Shown here piece by piece: positions 39,957 to 53,709 of a stretch of DNA of 64,000 nt. The first letter of the stretch is position 1, and each line of letters begins with the position of its first letter. A program made the translations under genes and the position numbers. The notes below the pieces were generated by a model. That model saw only the letters and a list, made by a program, of their open reading frames with translations. It had not been told where the DNA came from and ran no database searches. The DNA is from Eledone cirrhosa. Taxonomy: Eukaryota. The stretch is from assembly GCA_964016885.1 (NCBI GenBank), contig OZ024741.1, positions 364,684,001-364,748,000 on the forward strand, written 5' to 3'.

Positions 39957-42149
39957 GTGAGGAAGGACGAGAACAAAGGGGACGATATAAATAATTTCAG
40001 GTCCATAACTCTGCTAAATACAGAGGTACAGATTTTGGCCAAGGTGCTAGCAAAGAGGTTGGCGCTTGTCGTGGGCAACCTGGTGGGAGATGCGCAGACA
40101 TGTGCTATCCCGTCCAGGTCCATCCACGATAACCTCCACCTCATGCGATACATCATAGAGAGGGTTGGGAACGAACCCGGCTTTGGTGGGGCCCTGATCA
40201 ACTTGGATCAATCTAAGGCATTCGATAGGGTCGACCATGGTTACCTGGATGCGGTGCTAGCGGCGGCAGGCTTCGGACCCGTTTTCAGGGGCTGGATCAA
40301 TGCCATGCACAGCAGCCGCATCTGCTCTAGGGTCAAGGTGAACGGCTACCTCTCGGAGCCGTTCGAAATCGCGCGGTCCATCCGACAGGGGTGCCCTCTC
40401 TCCTCCCTTCTGTATGTAGTGACTCTAGAGCCACTGCTGCGGAAGTTGGAGTTGTTGCAGGGCATCCCGTTGGAACCGGGATTGCGGAAAGCGGTGTCAG
40501 CCTACGCCGATGACGTAACAGTAATGGTGTCGACGGCCTCGGAAATCGGGGCGATCGGCACCTTACTGGAGGAGTACGAAAAGTTTACAGGGGCTAAGCT
40601 GAACTGGGACAAGTCGATCGGTCTACAACTCGGCACGTGGAGGGGCAGATAGATGCCCTCCGATGGCGTCGTCGGGCGCTGGACGGAGGGCCCGGTGAAA
40701 TTGCTCGGGGTCTGGTTCGGACCAGACCTCCAGGTGGAGAAGAACTGGGGTGAGGTGACGAGCAGGGTGTTTGCACTGACTCAGAAGTGGGCCGAGTGCA
40801 AACTATCCCTGAAAGGTCGGGCGGAGGTGGCGAACACCTATATAGCGTCCGTCATCTACTACCGCCTGACCGTGGTGCCTTGCCCAAGGGAAACGCTCGC
40901 CAAAATGGAGCGCGCACTCTTCCAATTCCTTTGGAAGAGGCGGGCTCCTATGGTGAGGAGATCCATCTGCTGTCAACACCCTTCGAAAGGAGGGCTGGGG
41001 ATGCCGTGGCTGATGATACGTAAACACGCATTAAGGCTACGGCACCTTCAGGTATTCCTCTCCGGTCAACCGGTGTGGGCCCCGTTTGTGAGGCGAGCCT
41101 TTCCAAGACTCGTCTCACTCACCGAGCTGCAATCCTGGGTCAAGCAAAGACCGAGAAAACTGGGCGCCTGGCACACCGAGTGTGCCCAGGCGCTCACGGC
41201 TCTCTGGCAGGCGGACCCGGCTGTCAGTGGAGAATCCACCTCGTCATTCTATAGAGGGCTGGTGGTTAACAGGTGCGACGACGCCCTCGGAGAAGCCCTA
41301 GGCATGGAGGAAGACGAACTGGCCAACCTGTTCGGTAGGACATTCAGCCCGGGACCCATGGATAACTTCCAGAGGTCCCTGGCCTGGCAATGCTACAGAA
41401 GGGCTCTGCCCGTTCGAGAAAGGCTCTACAGACACGGGCGCCCGGGTAGGGACCCATCGAAAAAGGTCTGTCCCAGATGCGTCTGCGACGAGGAAACCGT
41501 TGCACACGCATTGGTACACTGCTCGGGCATTGCCGATCTGTGGGGCTATGTCGAACAACTGCTGTCAAGGGTGGGACCGATCCGGTTGACCACCGAGTCT
41601 ATTGTAACGATCAAGCCGCCTCCCCTCTTCAAAAACGAAGGAGAGGCGGTGTTTCTGTGCGTAATAGCCATGGCGAAAGAGGTTGTATGGTGGACGCGTC
41701 TGAAAGGACTGAGGTCAGACACCTTTCTCTCTGGCCAACAACTGGTCCGTTTCTTCCGATATCATTTCGGAAGAAGGATCAGGATGGAGAGAGAGGTGCT
41801 GCACCCCAGCCGTTTCTATGAAAGATGGGTGAAAGTGGCGAGAATGGCCCGTGTGAATGGGCCTTCACTCTACATCAGACTATAGGTGAGGAAGATGAAA
41901 GACCAAGGGAGCACCCCTTCTCTGTGCTCCTGAGGAGAAGAGTTGCACACTTTTTTCGGGGGTGTGTGCGACCCCCCAAGGCGCCTCCTCTCTATTGAGG
42001 ACTTTGTTATAAATTTTATTTTTTGTTATATTTTATTTTATTTTTATATATTGTTATTGCCTCCTCCTTATTGAGGACGCCTTGTTTTGTAAACTCCCCC
42101 CTTTGTACTTGTCCCACTTTTGATGCCCTGGTGGCAAATAAAAGAAACA
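39956..42149 (+). mobile_element. 5'-truncated Tx1 LINE, (CTAT)n lineage copy 1 (RT, Zn finger, 3'UTR)
   Basis: NFRSITLLN, QSKAFDRVDH, RQGCPLS, AYADDV, VCPRC..ETVAH; in-frame stop at 40650; ORF ends 41885. Confidence 0.95.
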
Positions 42150-42200
<51 letters not shown>

Positions 42201-42204
42201 ATAT

Positions 42205-42230
42205 AATGCCTTTATGGTAAATAAAGAAAT
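42205..42230 (+). mobile_element. About 25-bp 3'-terminal Tx1 remnant between CTAT tracts
   Basis: ATGCCTTTATGGTAAATAAAGAAAT versus the terminus TGCCCTTGTGGCTAATAAAGAAAT. Confidence 0.7.
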
Positions 42231-42231
42231 A

Positions 42232-42328
<97 letters not shown>

Positions 42329-42329
<1 letters not shown>

Positions 42330-45300
42330 ATGGAAATCGTGCAGCCTGGTCCCCAGGAGACGAAGAGGTGAGTGATTTCTTTTCCTCTTCTTTTAACTTT
42401 TCAGCACCAACATGGCCAATATAAGAATTGGATGTGTGAATGTACGCGGCCTGTGGATGCCCTGAAACAGGGAAAACTCTTAAACGACCTCAGGTCGCAC
42501 AGTATGGATTTAGTAGCCATTTACGAGTCCAGGATCCACAGCGAGCGACAACTGGCTCCCTTCTTCGACAACTTTGAGATTTACGCATCTCTCTGTCAGC
42601 CGGTTGGTGGAGGCGGGGTTGCCGTTTTGCTGCGGAAACACCTGGACCTCGTAACACAGACGGTACATCTGGACCCGGAGGGTCGACTGGTAGTACTAGA
42701 CGTTGACGGGGTAGTAAAGGTGGAACCTTCAGGCTGGTGACCGCATATGCTCCATCCGGGACACCGCGTCCAGACTTCTTCAAACGTCTAGAGACTTTTC
42801 TGGTAACGTCCCGCTCCCTGCTGTTAGTGGGGGACTGGAATAGAATCCTAGAGGCACGTTGAGACTATGTGGGAGCATGTCCCGATAGAGGGGGGGGGGG
42901 TGTGTGTAACAGCCTCAAACAGTTAATCGGCCGATTTGACTTGGTCGATAGATATCGACTAGATTTTCCGACTGTGCCACTGTGGACGTGGATTAATCGT
43001 AGCGGAACATCTAGATCGTACCTAGACAGGGTTCTTGTTAGAAAGAAGGATAGGGACATATTAAGCTGTCCACAAATGTTCATGGTTGACTATTCAGATC
43101 ACAAATTAGTGACCTGCTTAGTCAACCTTGACAAAACCCATAGACAGGGACCCGGCTACTGGAAGCTGAACTTGTCGTTACCGAGATGCAAAGCCTACAG
43201 TAGACGGATTAGCACCTTAGTTAAGCAGCACTTGACGGGGGCCATTGTCAACAACAGTTGGTGGTACTCTCTCAAGAGGGAAGTTAGATTAGACTCGATA
43301 GGTTTTAGTAAAGAATTAGTGTTAGATAGAAATAAGACCGAAAAGGAACTGGTAGATAAAGTAGAAGAGGCACTTAGGAGTGGCAACGTAACCAGCGTGC
43401 TAGCAACGAGAACGGCCTTGGACCAGTTCTTCGACGCAAAGCATGAAGGCTGCGTTGTCAGAAGCAAAATACGTGCTCTGGGAAACGAGGGAGCCAAAGC
43501 TGTTAGCTGGGCCCGAGTGACGGAGGCGAAAAGTGGCAACAGGTTCACGATTCGGTCTTTGAAGGACCAAGAAGGACGCGTGATACTTGAACCGAAGCAA
43601 ATGTGCGCGGCCTTTCAGCGGCACTTTGCTCAACTGTTCGGTCAGGGCGGCGCACCGGGAGGGGCTATGGATTTCGGTTCATACCTCGATGGCCTACCGC
43701 GACTCGCGGACAGCGAGGCGAAGTTCTGCGAAAGGCCAATTTTGGCCGCTGAGATAGGGGACGCGCTGAGCCAATGTGGCAAACGCAAATCTTCAGGTCT
43801 CGACGGTCTACCCTACGAATTTTACGTAGCAATGCCGGACTTATTTTCCGGTCTCCTGGAAGCGGTCTACTGCAACTGGCAGCAGAACGGGAGAATTCCC
43901 AGTTCTGTGACCAAGGGCGTAATCACGTTAGTCAGGAAGGACGAGAACAAGGGGGATGACATAGGCAACTTCCTGCCCATAACTCTGCTCAACACAGAGT
44001 TACAGATTTTGGCCAAGGTGTTGGCAAAGAGGCTGGCGCTTGTCGTCGAAAACCTGGTGGGAGAAGCGCAGACATGTGCAATCCCGACCAGGTCCATACA
44101 CGACAACCTCCACCTCATGCGATACATCATAGAGAGGGTAGGGTGTAAACCCGGCTTCGGTGGGGCCCTGATCAACTTGGATCAGTCTAAGGCTTTCGAT
44201 AGGGTTGACCATCGTTACCTGGATGCGGTGCTCGAGGTGGCAGGCTTCGGTCCCGTGTTCAGGGGCTGGATTGCTGCAATGCACAACAGCAATATCTTCT
44301 CAAGGGTCAAGGTGAACGGCTACCTCTCGGAGCCGTTCCATATCACGCGATCCATCCGATAGGGATGCCCTCTCTCCTCCCTTCTGTACATACTGACTCT
44401 CGAGCCACTACTGCGGAAGTTGGAGCTATTGCAGGGCATCCCTTTGGAACCGGGACTGCGAAAAGCGGCGTCGGCCTACGCCGACGACGTGACAGTAATG
44501 GTGTCGAGCACCTCGCAAATCAGGGAGGTCGGAACATTACTGGAGGAATACGAAAGGTTCACAGGAGTGAAGCTGAACCGGGACAAATCTGTCGGTTTGC
44601 AACTCGGAACGTGGAGAGGCAAACCGATGCCTTCCGATGACGTCGTCGGACGATCGACGGAAGGACCGGTAAAGCTGCTCGGGGTCTGGTTTGGCCCTGA
44701 CCTCCAGGTGGAGAAGAACTCGAACGAGGTGACGGCCAAGGTATTTGCGCTCACCCAGAAGTGGGCCGAGTGCAAACTATTCTTGAAAGGTTGAGCGGAG
44801 GTGGCGAACACTTTTATAGCGTCCGTCATCTACTACCGCTTGACCGTTGTGCCTTATCCAGCCAAAACGCTCACCAAAATGGAGCGCGCGCTCTTCCAAT
44901 TCCTTTGGAAGAAACGGGCTCCTTTGGTGAGAAGATCTATCTGCTGCCAACACCCTTCAAACGGAGGGCTGGGGATGCCGTGGCTGACGATGCGCTCAGG
45001 CTGCGGCAACTCCACGTATTCCTCACCAGACAACCGGTGTGGGCCCCGTTCGATTGGCACATCGAATGTGCTCAGGCGCTCACAGTCCTCTGGAAAACGG
45101 ACCCGGCGATCAGTGGAGACTCCACTTCGACATTCTATAGAGGGTTGGTTCGCAGCAAGTGCGGCGACACGCTCGGAGAAACTCTGGGCGTAGAGGAGGA
45201 CGAACTGGCCAGTCTGTTCGGTAGGACCTTCCGCCCGGGACCAGTGAACAACTTCCAAAAGGACCTGGCCTGGCAGTGCTACCGAGGAGCTCTACCAGTT

Positions 45301-46005
45301 CGAGACAAGCTCTACAGACACGGACACCCAGGTAGGGACCCTTCGAAAAAGATCTGTCCGAGATGCGTGCGCGACGAGGAAACCGTTGCACACGCATTTG
45401 TACACTGCCCGGGCGTTACCGACCTGTGGGGCTATGTAGAACGACTATTGTCGCGGGTGGGACCAATCCAGTTGACCACCGAGTCCATTGTCATGATCAA
45501 ACCGCCACCCTCCTTCAAAAACGAGGGAGAGACGGTTTTCCTATGTGTTATGGCTATGGTGAAAGAGGTTATATGGTGGACGAGGTTAAAAGGGCTGAGG
45601 TCAGACACCATTCTCCCCGGCGAGCAACTGACTCGTTTTATAAAATATCATTTTGGAAGAAGAATCAGGATGGAGAGAGAGGTGGTGCTGTACCCCAGCA
45701 GATTTTATAAAAGGTGGGTGAATGTGGCAAAGATGGCCCGAGTGGTTGGGCCTTCTATCTATATAAGCCTGTAGGTTGAGGAAAAAAAGGAAGAGAGGAA
45801 TGGAGTACTCACTCTTGGTGCTCCTGGAGATGAGCGTTGTACATTTTTTCGGGGTGTGTACAACCCCTGTGTAACACCTCCCCATATTGGCGATTTCAAT
45901 TGTTATTTGTTATTGTATTAATAGTTTTATTTTCATATACCTGTATGTAAACTCCCCATTTGTATTTGTCCCCTTCTTTTGTGCCCTTGTGGCTAATAAA
46001 GAAAT
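42329..46005 (+). mobile_element. Tx1 LINE, (CTAT)n lineage copy 2, with a complete but disrupted ORF2 (42412-45774)
   Basis: MANIRIGCVNVRGL, VGDWN, SYLDR, YSDHK, RT motifs and Zn finger; several stops and frameshifts. Confidence 0.95.
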
Positions 46006-46024
46006 TTATCTATCTATCTATCTA

Positions 46025-47345
46025 TGGGCAGAGTGCAAACTATCCTTGAAAGGTCGAGCGGAGGTGGCGAACACTTTCATAGCTTCCGTCATCTACTACC
46101 GCTTGACCGTCGTGCCTTGTACCCGTGAACACCTCACCAAGATGGAACGCATGCTCTTCCAGTTCCTTTGGAAGAAGCAGGCTCCACTGGTGAGGAGATC
46201 CGTCTGCTGTCAGCACCCTTCCAACGGAGGGCTGGGAATGCCGTGGCTGATGATGCGCAAGCATGCGCTGAGGCTACGCCATCTACAGGTATTCCTCACC
46301 GACCCCCAACCGGTGTGGGCACCGTTTGTGAGACAAGCCTTCCCGCAACTTGTCCCGCTGACGGAGCTGCAGTCCCGGGTCAAGCGAAGACCGAAGAAGA
46401 TGGGCGCCTGGCACATTGAATGCGCTCAGGCGCTCACAGTCCCCTGTCAAGCGGGCACGGCAATCAGTGGATACTCCACTTCGACATTCTATAGAGGGTT
46501 AGTACGTCACAAGTGCGACGACGTGCTCGGAGAGACTCTAGGCGTCGAAGACGACGAACTCATCAGTCTGTTTAGTAGGACTTTCCGCTCGGGACCCATG
46601 GACAATTCCAGAGGTCCCTGGCCTGACAATGCTACCGAGGAGCTCTACCAGTTCGTGATAAGATCTACAGGCACGGACGCCCCGGCAGGGATCCTTCCAA
46701 GAGGATATGTCCAAGATGCGCACAGGACATTGAAACCGTCCAGTACGCAATTGTACATTGCCCGGGCGCAACCCACCCGTGGAACTACGCGGAACAACTG
46801 CTGTCGCGTATGGGACAAATCCAGTTGACTGCCGAGTCCATAGTAAGGATCAAAACGCCAGCCTCTTTCAAAAACGAAAGACAGGTGGTTTTCCTCTGTA
46901 CAGTGGCTATGGTGAAAGAGGTTATATGGTGGACGAGATTGAGAGGACTGAGGACAGATGCCTTTCTCTCCGGACAACAATGATTCCATTCTTTAGATAC
47001 CACTTTAGAAGGAGAATCAGAATGGAGAAAGAGGCACTGCACCCAGTAAATTTATTGAAAGGTGGGTGACTGTGGCAAAAATGGCCCGAGTGATTGGGCC
47101 TTCTCTGTATATAAACCTGTAGGTTGAAGAAGAGATCAAAAAGAAGAAAGAAACACGCTGCTGAAGTTGAGGGTTGTTCTATCGACGGGGTATTAAACAA
47201 CCCATTTGTGGCACCTCCTCCCTATTGGAGATTTCGATTGTTATAATTGTTTGTTTTATATTTTTTTACACGACTGTATGTAAAATCCCCGGCATGTCTT
47301 TGTTTTGTCCCCTTTTCTTGTGTGCCCTTGTGGCTAATAAAGAAT
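46025..47345 (+). mobile_element. 5'-truncated Tx1 LINE, (CTAT)n lineage copy 3
   Basis: Begins WAECKLSLKGRAEV; ORF2 stop at about 47120; distinct 3'UTR; (CTAT)n tail. Confidence 0.93.
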
Positions 47346-47406
<61 letters not shown>

Positions 47407-48361
47407 TTTCTCCTTTCCTTTCATCCTCTGTTTTTCTAGCTCTCTATTCTCTAATTAAATCACTAAGCCTCTCATCTTTGTTTTCTTTTTTCCCTTCCTC
47501 ACAAACAATCTGCTTTTCCTTCATACAATCTTAATTGTTCTCCATACATCTTACTATCTTTCACTACTATCTTGATGAAATATCCTTATCTTTCATTAGA
47601 ATTCATTAATTAGATTATATATTTCCTTCCAATCTCCTCCATTCGTTCCCTTGTTTTAGATTGATTAATTGTCCAGTGTACTGAACAGAGTACAGTAATT
47701 TCACAATTACGTGAAATTTGTTAATGCGGATAAATCAATTTTACTTTATGTTCGTCTTTTATAATCGATCCTTTTAGTTCAGATGATATTGCTACGGATT
47801 TTAGTAATCTGATTTCAGTTTCGAAGGAATAATCACGTAAATTCATATTAGACATAGGAGTCCTTTTTCTCTTTTTTCTAGTCCGGTATTTCCCAAAGGA
47901 GATTAAGATATATATACATATATATAGGAAACAGTACATCTATCTACTTAATCTGGGATGGACACACGTGGGAAACTTGCTGGGTAAGTTCTGCTTAAAT
48001 TTCTATAGAAATTCTTGACTGTGAGCCTTCATTTTTATACCAATTTGTAGAGGGACTGCCAGGTCAAATTTTGATCTGGTCAGTCTCTGGGAGTTCTCTG
48101 GGAGAAACATGTGTAAGAGCTATAAAGATATGTTTTAAGATATACTTGAAACTCTTTCATTCACTCATTCATTTGCTTATTCCAGCTCTGCTTAATCCTT
48201 ACGCTAAATATTAACTTTCTCTAATATTTAACCCTAATAACCCAAGCATCGAGCACACTACGCTTCGGCTTTTGACATTTAGTATTCTGTATCGCATCTC
48301 TTTGTATCTCTCTGTTCCATACGATACTTTAATCCTATTATTATTATTATTATTATTATTT

Positions 48362-48534
48362 TGGCAGTATCGGTAGAAGGTTAGACTCCTTGTTTTCTAG
48401 CATAGTTACGTCCCTTTACAGTCTGAGTTCAAATTCTACCGAGGTTAACTTTACCTTTCATCCTTACGGGGTCGATAAAATAAAGTACCAGTAATGTACT
48501 GAAAAATTGCTGGCCTTGTGCCTAAAGTAGAAAC

Positions 48535-48540
<6 letters not shown>
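48362..48540 (+). mobile_element. SINE S1 in an (ATT)n tract
   Basis: (ATT)n at 48337-48360 directly upstream; S1 body and tail. Confidence 0.9.
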
Positions 48541-48581
<41 letters not shown>

Positions 48582-48584
48582 AAA

Positions 48585-48805
48585 TGTATGTAAAAGGTAA
48601 ACAGAAATAACAACACAATCGGTACAGTATATGGAAGGTATATATTAGGTTAACGTTTGATATAGTAGGAAGAGGGTCTTAACGTTTCGGACACTAGTCC
48701 TTCTTCAGAAGAAAGAATGATAAATAAAATAGATTGAGGGGACGGGCGGGTTGGAATAGGAAAAAATGTCTTTAGATAAAAATAACAGACCCATTCATGT
48801 TGACA

Positions 48806-48807
<2 letters not shown>
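48585..48807 (-). mobile_element. HHR mini-element family A; hammerhead with intact core at 48677-48712
   Basis: Minus strand TCTT-CTGAAGA-A-GGAC tagt GTCC-GAAACGTT-AAGA. Confidence 0.78.
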
Positions 48808-48842
<35 letters not shown>

Positions 48843-49253
48843 CTATTCTAAGGCGGGTAAAATTCCCGAGATCCATGGACAAGTTCTCTCCAGCGGTCTC
48901 TGTCCCTCATTATCGCTGCCATGTCCTGCGTCTCCAACAGATCAGTGTCTGTCCTATATATCTATATATATATATATATATATCTCTCTCTCTATCTATC
49001 TATATATATATATATATATATGATTATTTATTTAATTCATATATATATATATATATGAATTAAATAAATAATCAATTAATCAGAGCTATATAAAATTAGA
49101 AGTGAAGAATAAATAAACAAAAATTAGCTAATTTTCCTTCGTAGCTCTGACAGCGCACTTTCGCCGACTGGTGTGCAGCTAAAGTGCAGTTCAAGTGCAG
49201 TTAAAGTGCACATAATCTGAGAGGTAGTCGGCTTATCAAGAGACTCCCTCAAT

Positions 49254-49548
49254 GTAAGGACAGATTCTCCGAACTAACCGCTACCAGTTACAATTTTCAA
49301 AAGAGGAAATTCTCACGTAGTTTTACGGTAGTGAAGGATGGACTGTTGGTGCGTAACAGAGTTGCTAGAAGAAGCAGTCTATTTCACCCTAATTTCTATT
49401 CAACCATACGGGAGTTAGGACAAATTATGGAAAATACATACACATATAGATACATAAGTATAAACATATATATGTGTGGTGTCCCTCCTTTCCCTGTTTT
49501 GCTCGATGAATGTAACTGGTAGCGTTCAGTTCGGGGAATCAGTCCTAG
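49254..49548. mobile_element. MITE-like element with ~37-bp imperfect inverted termini
   Basis: TAAGGACAGATTCTCCGAACTAACCGCTACCAGTTACA versus TGTAACTGGTAGCGTTCAGTTCGGGGAATCAGTCCTA. Confidence 0.6.
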
Positions 49549-49659
49549 TCTGAGAATAACTTTTCATTCTCCCATCGGTCTTGGAGGCAATGAAAGGGAT
49601 ATAGGCGCTCTCTTTGCTCCCCTGACTAAGATGACGTGATCAACTGTCTTGAAATCACT

Positions 49660-49980
49660 CACGGAGGACGAACCCTCCTTGGACTCCTTCCACCAACTTC
49701 TGTCCCTTGCCAGTCTTGGCCATGAGGATCCCAGGTGGTTGGTGAAATCGTCTCGCCATTTTGTCCTTGGACGTCCAATTTCTTGGTGTCCACTCTGTCA
49801 CTCTGATCGTCCATGTGTTGTCACTGAATCGCGAGATGTGGCCAGCTCATCTATGTTAGTTCGTCTTGATTGTTGTTATTATGTCGTTGACTCCAGTTTG
49901 TTGTCGGATCCAAGTGTTCTTGTCACGCAACGAGATACCCAACGTGACGCGCCCCATCTTTCGCTGGGAGACACTGAGTA
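49660..49980 (-). mobile_element. RTE-type LINE 3' relic
   Basis: Minus strand reads GRPRTKWRDDFTNHLGSSWPRLARDRSWWK. Confidence 0.65.
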
Positions 49981-50647
49981 AGGTACTAAAAATAATAAAT
50001 TCTACAGAAATTGATATAGTATATTATAGTGTATCTTTGTTGTTGTCGTTTTTGCTTTTGTTGAACCCCCAGGTCATCCCTGATTGGGTAGACATATGAT
50101 CAAAGACATTTCAGCTCTGATTATTTTATTTGTTTTTGTATACTGAAGACCGCAGTGTTAAATGTTTCTTTTATCCTTTTGAAGACGGTAGACGGTATGA
50201 TAGTGTTACTATTTCTAACAGGTCACGAGATTACGTACGAACCTCAACGACGGTTCATGTTCATTGTTTAAATTAATTAATTAGTGGTTAATTAACTGAA
50301 ATTCTACAGAGAATGTCATGAAGTTTTACTGTTGTTGATTATATTTCGTTTCAGCTGCGTTTATCATGTTTTGTTTTTGTATCTCAAAGTCTGCATTCAT
50401 TTATTCTTTTGTTCTTTTACTGTTTCAGTCATTGGATTGTGGTCATACTGGAGCACTGAGTTGAAGTAATTTAATCGATCAGATGGACACCCAGTATTTA
50501 TTTTTTTCAAGTCTGGTATTTATTTTACCGATCTCCTTTTTGTCGAACTGTTAAGTTACGCGACATAAACAGACAGATACACACGCACACACACACGCAC
50601 ACACACGCGCACACACACACATACACGCAAACACACACACACACATG

Positions 50648-50684
<37 letters not shown>

Positions 50685-50687
<3 letters not shown>

Positions 50688-50910
50688 CAAGGGGTGGCAA
50701 CATGAATAGACCTGTTATTTTTCTCTAAAAAACCTCTTTTCCGATTCCGCCTTGCCCGTCCCCTCAATATTTCTAATTTCTCATTCTTTCTTTTGATGAA
50801 GGACTAGCGCCCGAAACGTTAAGACCCTCTTCCTGTTATTTCAAGCGTTAAATTAATATATTTCTTCCATATAATGTACCGTTTGTGTTGTTATTTCTGT
50901 TTACCTTTTA
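50685..50910 (+). mobile_element. HHR mini-element family A between (CA)n tracts; degenerate core at 50789-50824
   Basis: TTGATGAAGGACTAGCGCCCGAAACGTTAAGA; same 3' end as at 32410. Confidence 0.75.
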
Positions 50911-50967
50911 CACACACACACCCACACATATATATATGTAAATACATATATATATACATATATATAA

Positions 50968-51003
<36 letters not shown>

Positions 51004-51382
51004 GACTGGCTTCCGCACAGTTTTCATTAACTAAATTCCATTCACAACGGATTGGTCAATTCCAAGCTAAAGTAGAAACCACTTCCCCAAGGGTCACACA
51101 GGGTACCTGAACCCTAAACCGCGTGACACATTCAATGTATCTTTGTTTTTTGAAGACGATTGGGTGTAATTTGGCTGATATTTCAAATAATTAAAGCGAT
51201 TGCGTACCGACTCCCAAGTCTGCTTATTTGTCATTGCTTAAATTAATTCATTAATAATTAGTTAATTTGTCATTAATGAGTCATAGCTGTCCGAGATAAT
51301 ACGATACCAATCTACAGTTATAAGTAAACCAACATTTCTGTGTTGAATCCATGGATAGAATACAATCATCGTTGTCTCTAGA

Positions 51383-51413
51383 TAACTGTTTCTACTTTTG
51401 GCACAAGGCCAGC

Positions 51414-51473
<60 letters not shown>

Positions 51474-51624
51474 CCCAGTACATTACTGGTACTTTATTTT
51501 ATCGACCCCGTAAGGATGAAAGGCAAAGTTAACCTCGGCGGGATTTGAACTCAGACCGTAAAGGGACGTAACTATGCTAGAAAGCATGGCGTCCAACCCT
51601 CTACCGATACTGCCAATTCACCGC
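51383..51624 (-). mobile_element. SINE S1 with an internal (TA)n expansion
   Basis: The S1 body is interrupted at CAATTA by (TA)n at 51417-51470. Confidence 0.9.
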
Positions 51625-51689
51625 GAATAAATTAAAATAATAATCGCAAATGAATACAATTGTTTTTCCCCTTATAGAAGAATGATTTA

Positions 51690-51871
<182 letters not shown>

Positions 51872-52804
51872 ATACATGGAGAGGGTCAGTGGATGCCGCA
51901 TGGCGGAGCTAAAATGTTCTTTTTGAAATCACAAAGACGTGAGTCCGATTCCATGGCCTTGAGCAGACTCAAGGACCAGCCATGTCACACAATGTTTCAC
52001 ACTGAATCTCAATGAGAATTACTGTTTGTTGAATGTTCATCAACGTGTATGTTAATTCCACGACCAGACTGTTACCATCTAACTGGAACACTGATCACCG
52101 AAACCGACGGAGGTCCTTTCCATTCCATGCATTGAACATTTCAACACTAACTTAACTATTGTTTTCAGTGCAGATGGTGTCTATTCTCCGAAATATTATT
52201 AACAAATTTGCCAATATTTGTCAAAAGCAAGCGATCAAAAGTTATTGACGTTTAAAAGAACACAGTTTGGCCAATTTAATAAGACAAAGTCAAAACATCA
52301 AACCATTTTTAAGTTATAAGAAAAAATTCCTTCAGAGCTTCTGTAGCTATGTTTAGATGTACAGTGAACACAGAATCTGATGTTTGATCAAGCTGTGAAA
52401 GAAAAAAAATACCACAAAGAAACCATACATTCTCACATGGTAACTAATGTTATTTTAGCTAGACATGAAAGCAAACATCTTCTGAAAGTCAAGATGGAAC
52501 CAAACATTAGAGAACAACACACAAGTGGAGATAAATAACAATCGACATCACCCATTTTTTCCGTTTACAAAAGTAAAAAAAGTTTTTCTCTCATGAAAAT
52601 TGCTTCAGTTCTCTAAGAAAAGATTAGTCTTTATATAGTAATATTTTTAGTCATATTTTGTTTAGAGCGGCCAAGATACGTTTCGAAGACAACAAAAACT
52701 ATACCTTCTGGAGGGTAAACATAATGAACTATACTTTCAAATAAAATTTCTTATTCAGATTAAGAAATCAAAATTTACTTGCTGGAAGGTTTAAAAGATA
52801 ACAA

Positions 52805-53709
52805 TTATATAACCAAGAGTATAAAGTACTTTCTAAAGTCAGTGCTATATTTTTGCTCTATTTCTTGGTAGAGTTGTTCTAAGTATCCCATTACAGAGTT
52901 CGCGTAAACGGGAGCAAACTTCATTCCCATCGCTGTGCCTCTAATTTGGATGTAGTTCTTTCCATTGAAGAAGAAAGTGTTGTTTTTCAGAATAAGTTTG
53001 ACTGCGTCTAATATAAATGACGCTGTGAATCTGATGGGAATCACTTCTCTATGTTTTTCCACCCAGTATTTAACCGCCTTTATTCCTAAATCATATGTAA
53101 TGTTGGTGTAAAGGCTTACCACATCAAAACTAAGTAGAAGTGAATTCGTTTCCGTGGTTTTGGGAAGATGGGACAGGAAGTCGATATCATCCCGGATGAA
53201 ACTGGGTATGTGAATACATAGTGGTTTCAAAATAATTGTTTCTTCTTTTGGTACAAGGCCAGCAATTACTCAGTGCATTACTGGTACTTTATTTTATGGA
53301 TCCCGTAAGGATGAAAGGCAACGTTAACCTCGACTTTCAAAATAATTGTTTCTACTATTGGCACAAGGCCAGAAATTATCCAGTACATTACTGGTACTTT
53401 ATTTTATCGACTCCGTAAGGATGAAAGGCAAAGTTAACCTCGACTTTCAAAATAATGTCAACAAAATTGCTTAGACGGTGGGTAGGGCATGTTGGACCAG
53501 CTATAATAGGTCTAAGTTTTAAGTCTTTTGGGTGTAGTATTTTAATGTACTCACTGTTTTGTTCTTTTACTGCCAATGTATTTCTTTTGACTTGTGAACT
53601 TTCGGTAGACCATACAGATGCTGGGTTTTGGCTCAAAATTGGTGATGTAGTCTCTTTCCTTATCAGTAAGTGAGTTGTGGTATTTTGAAGCCAGGTTGTT
53701 GATCTTCTT

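Noticed and set aside
39801-40652. 283-aa ORF as a novel fusion protein with YLSI repeats
   Set aside because: It is a chance read-through from flanking DNA across (CTAT)n into the truncated RT; the same applies to 45887-46828.
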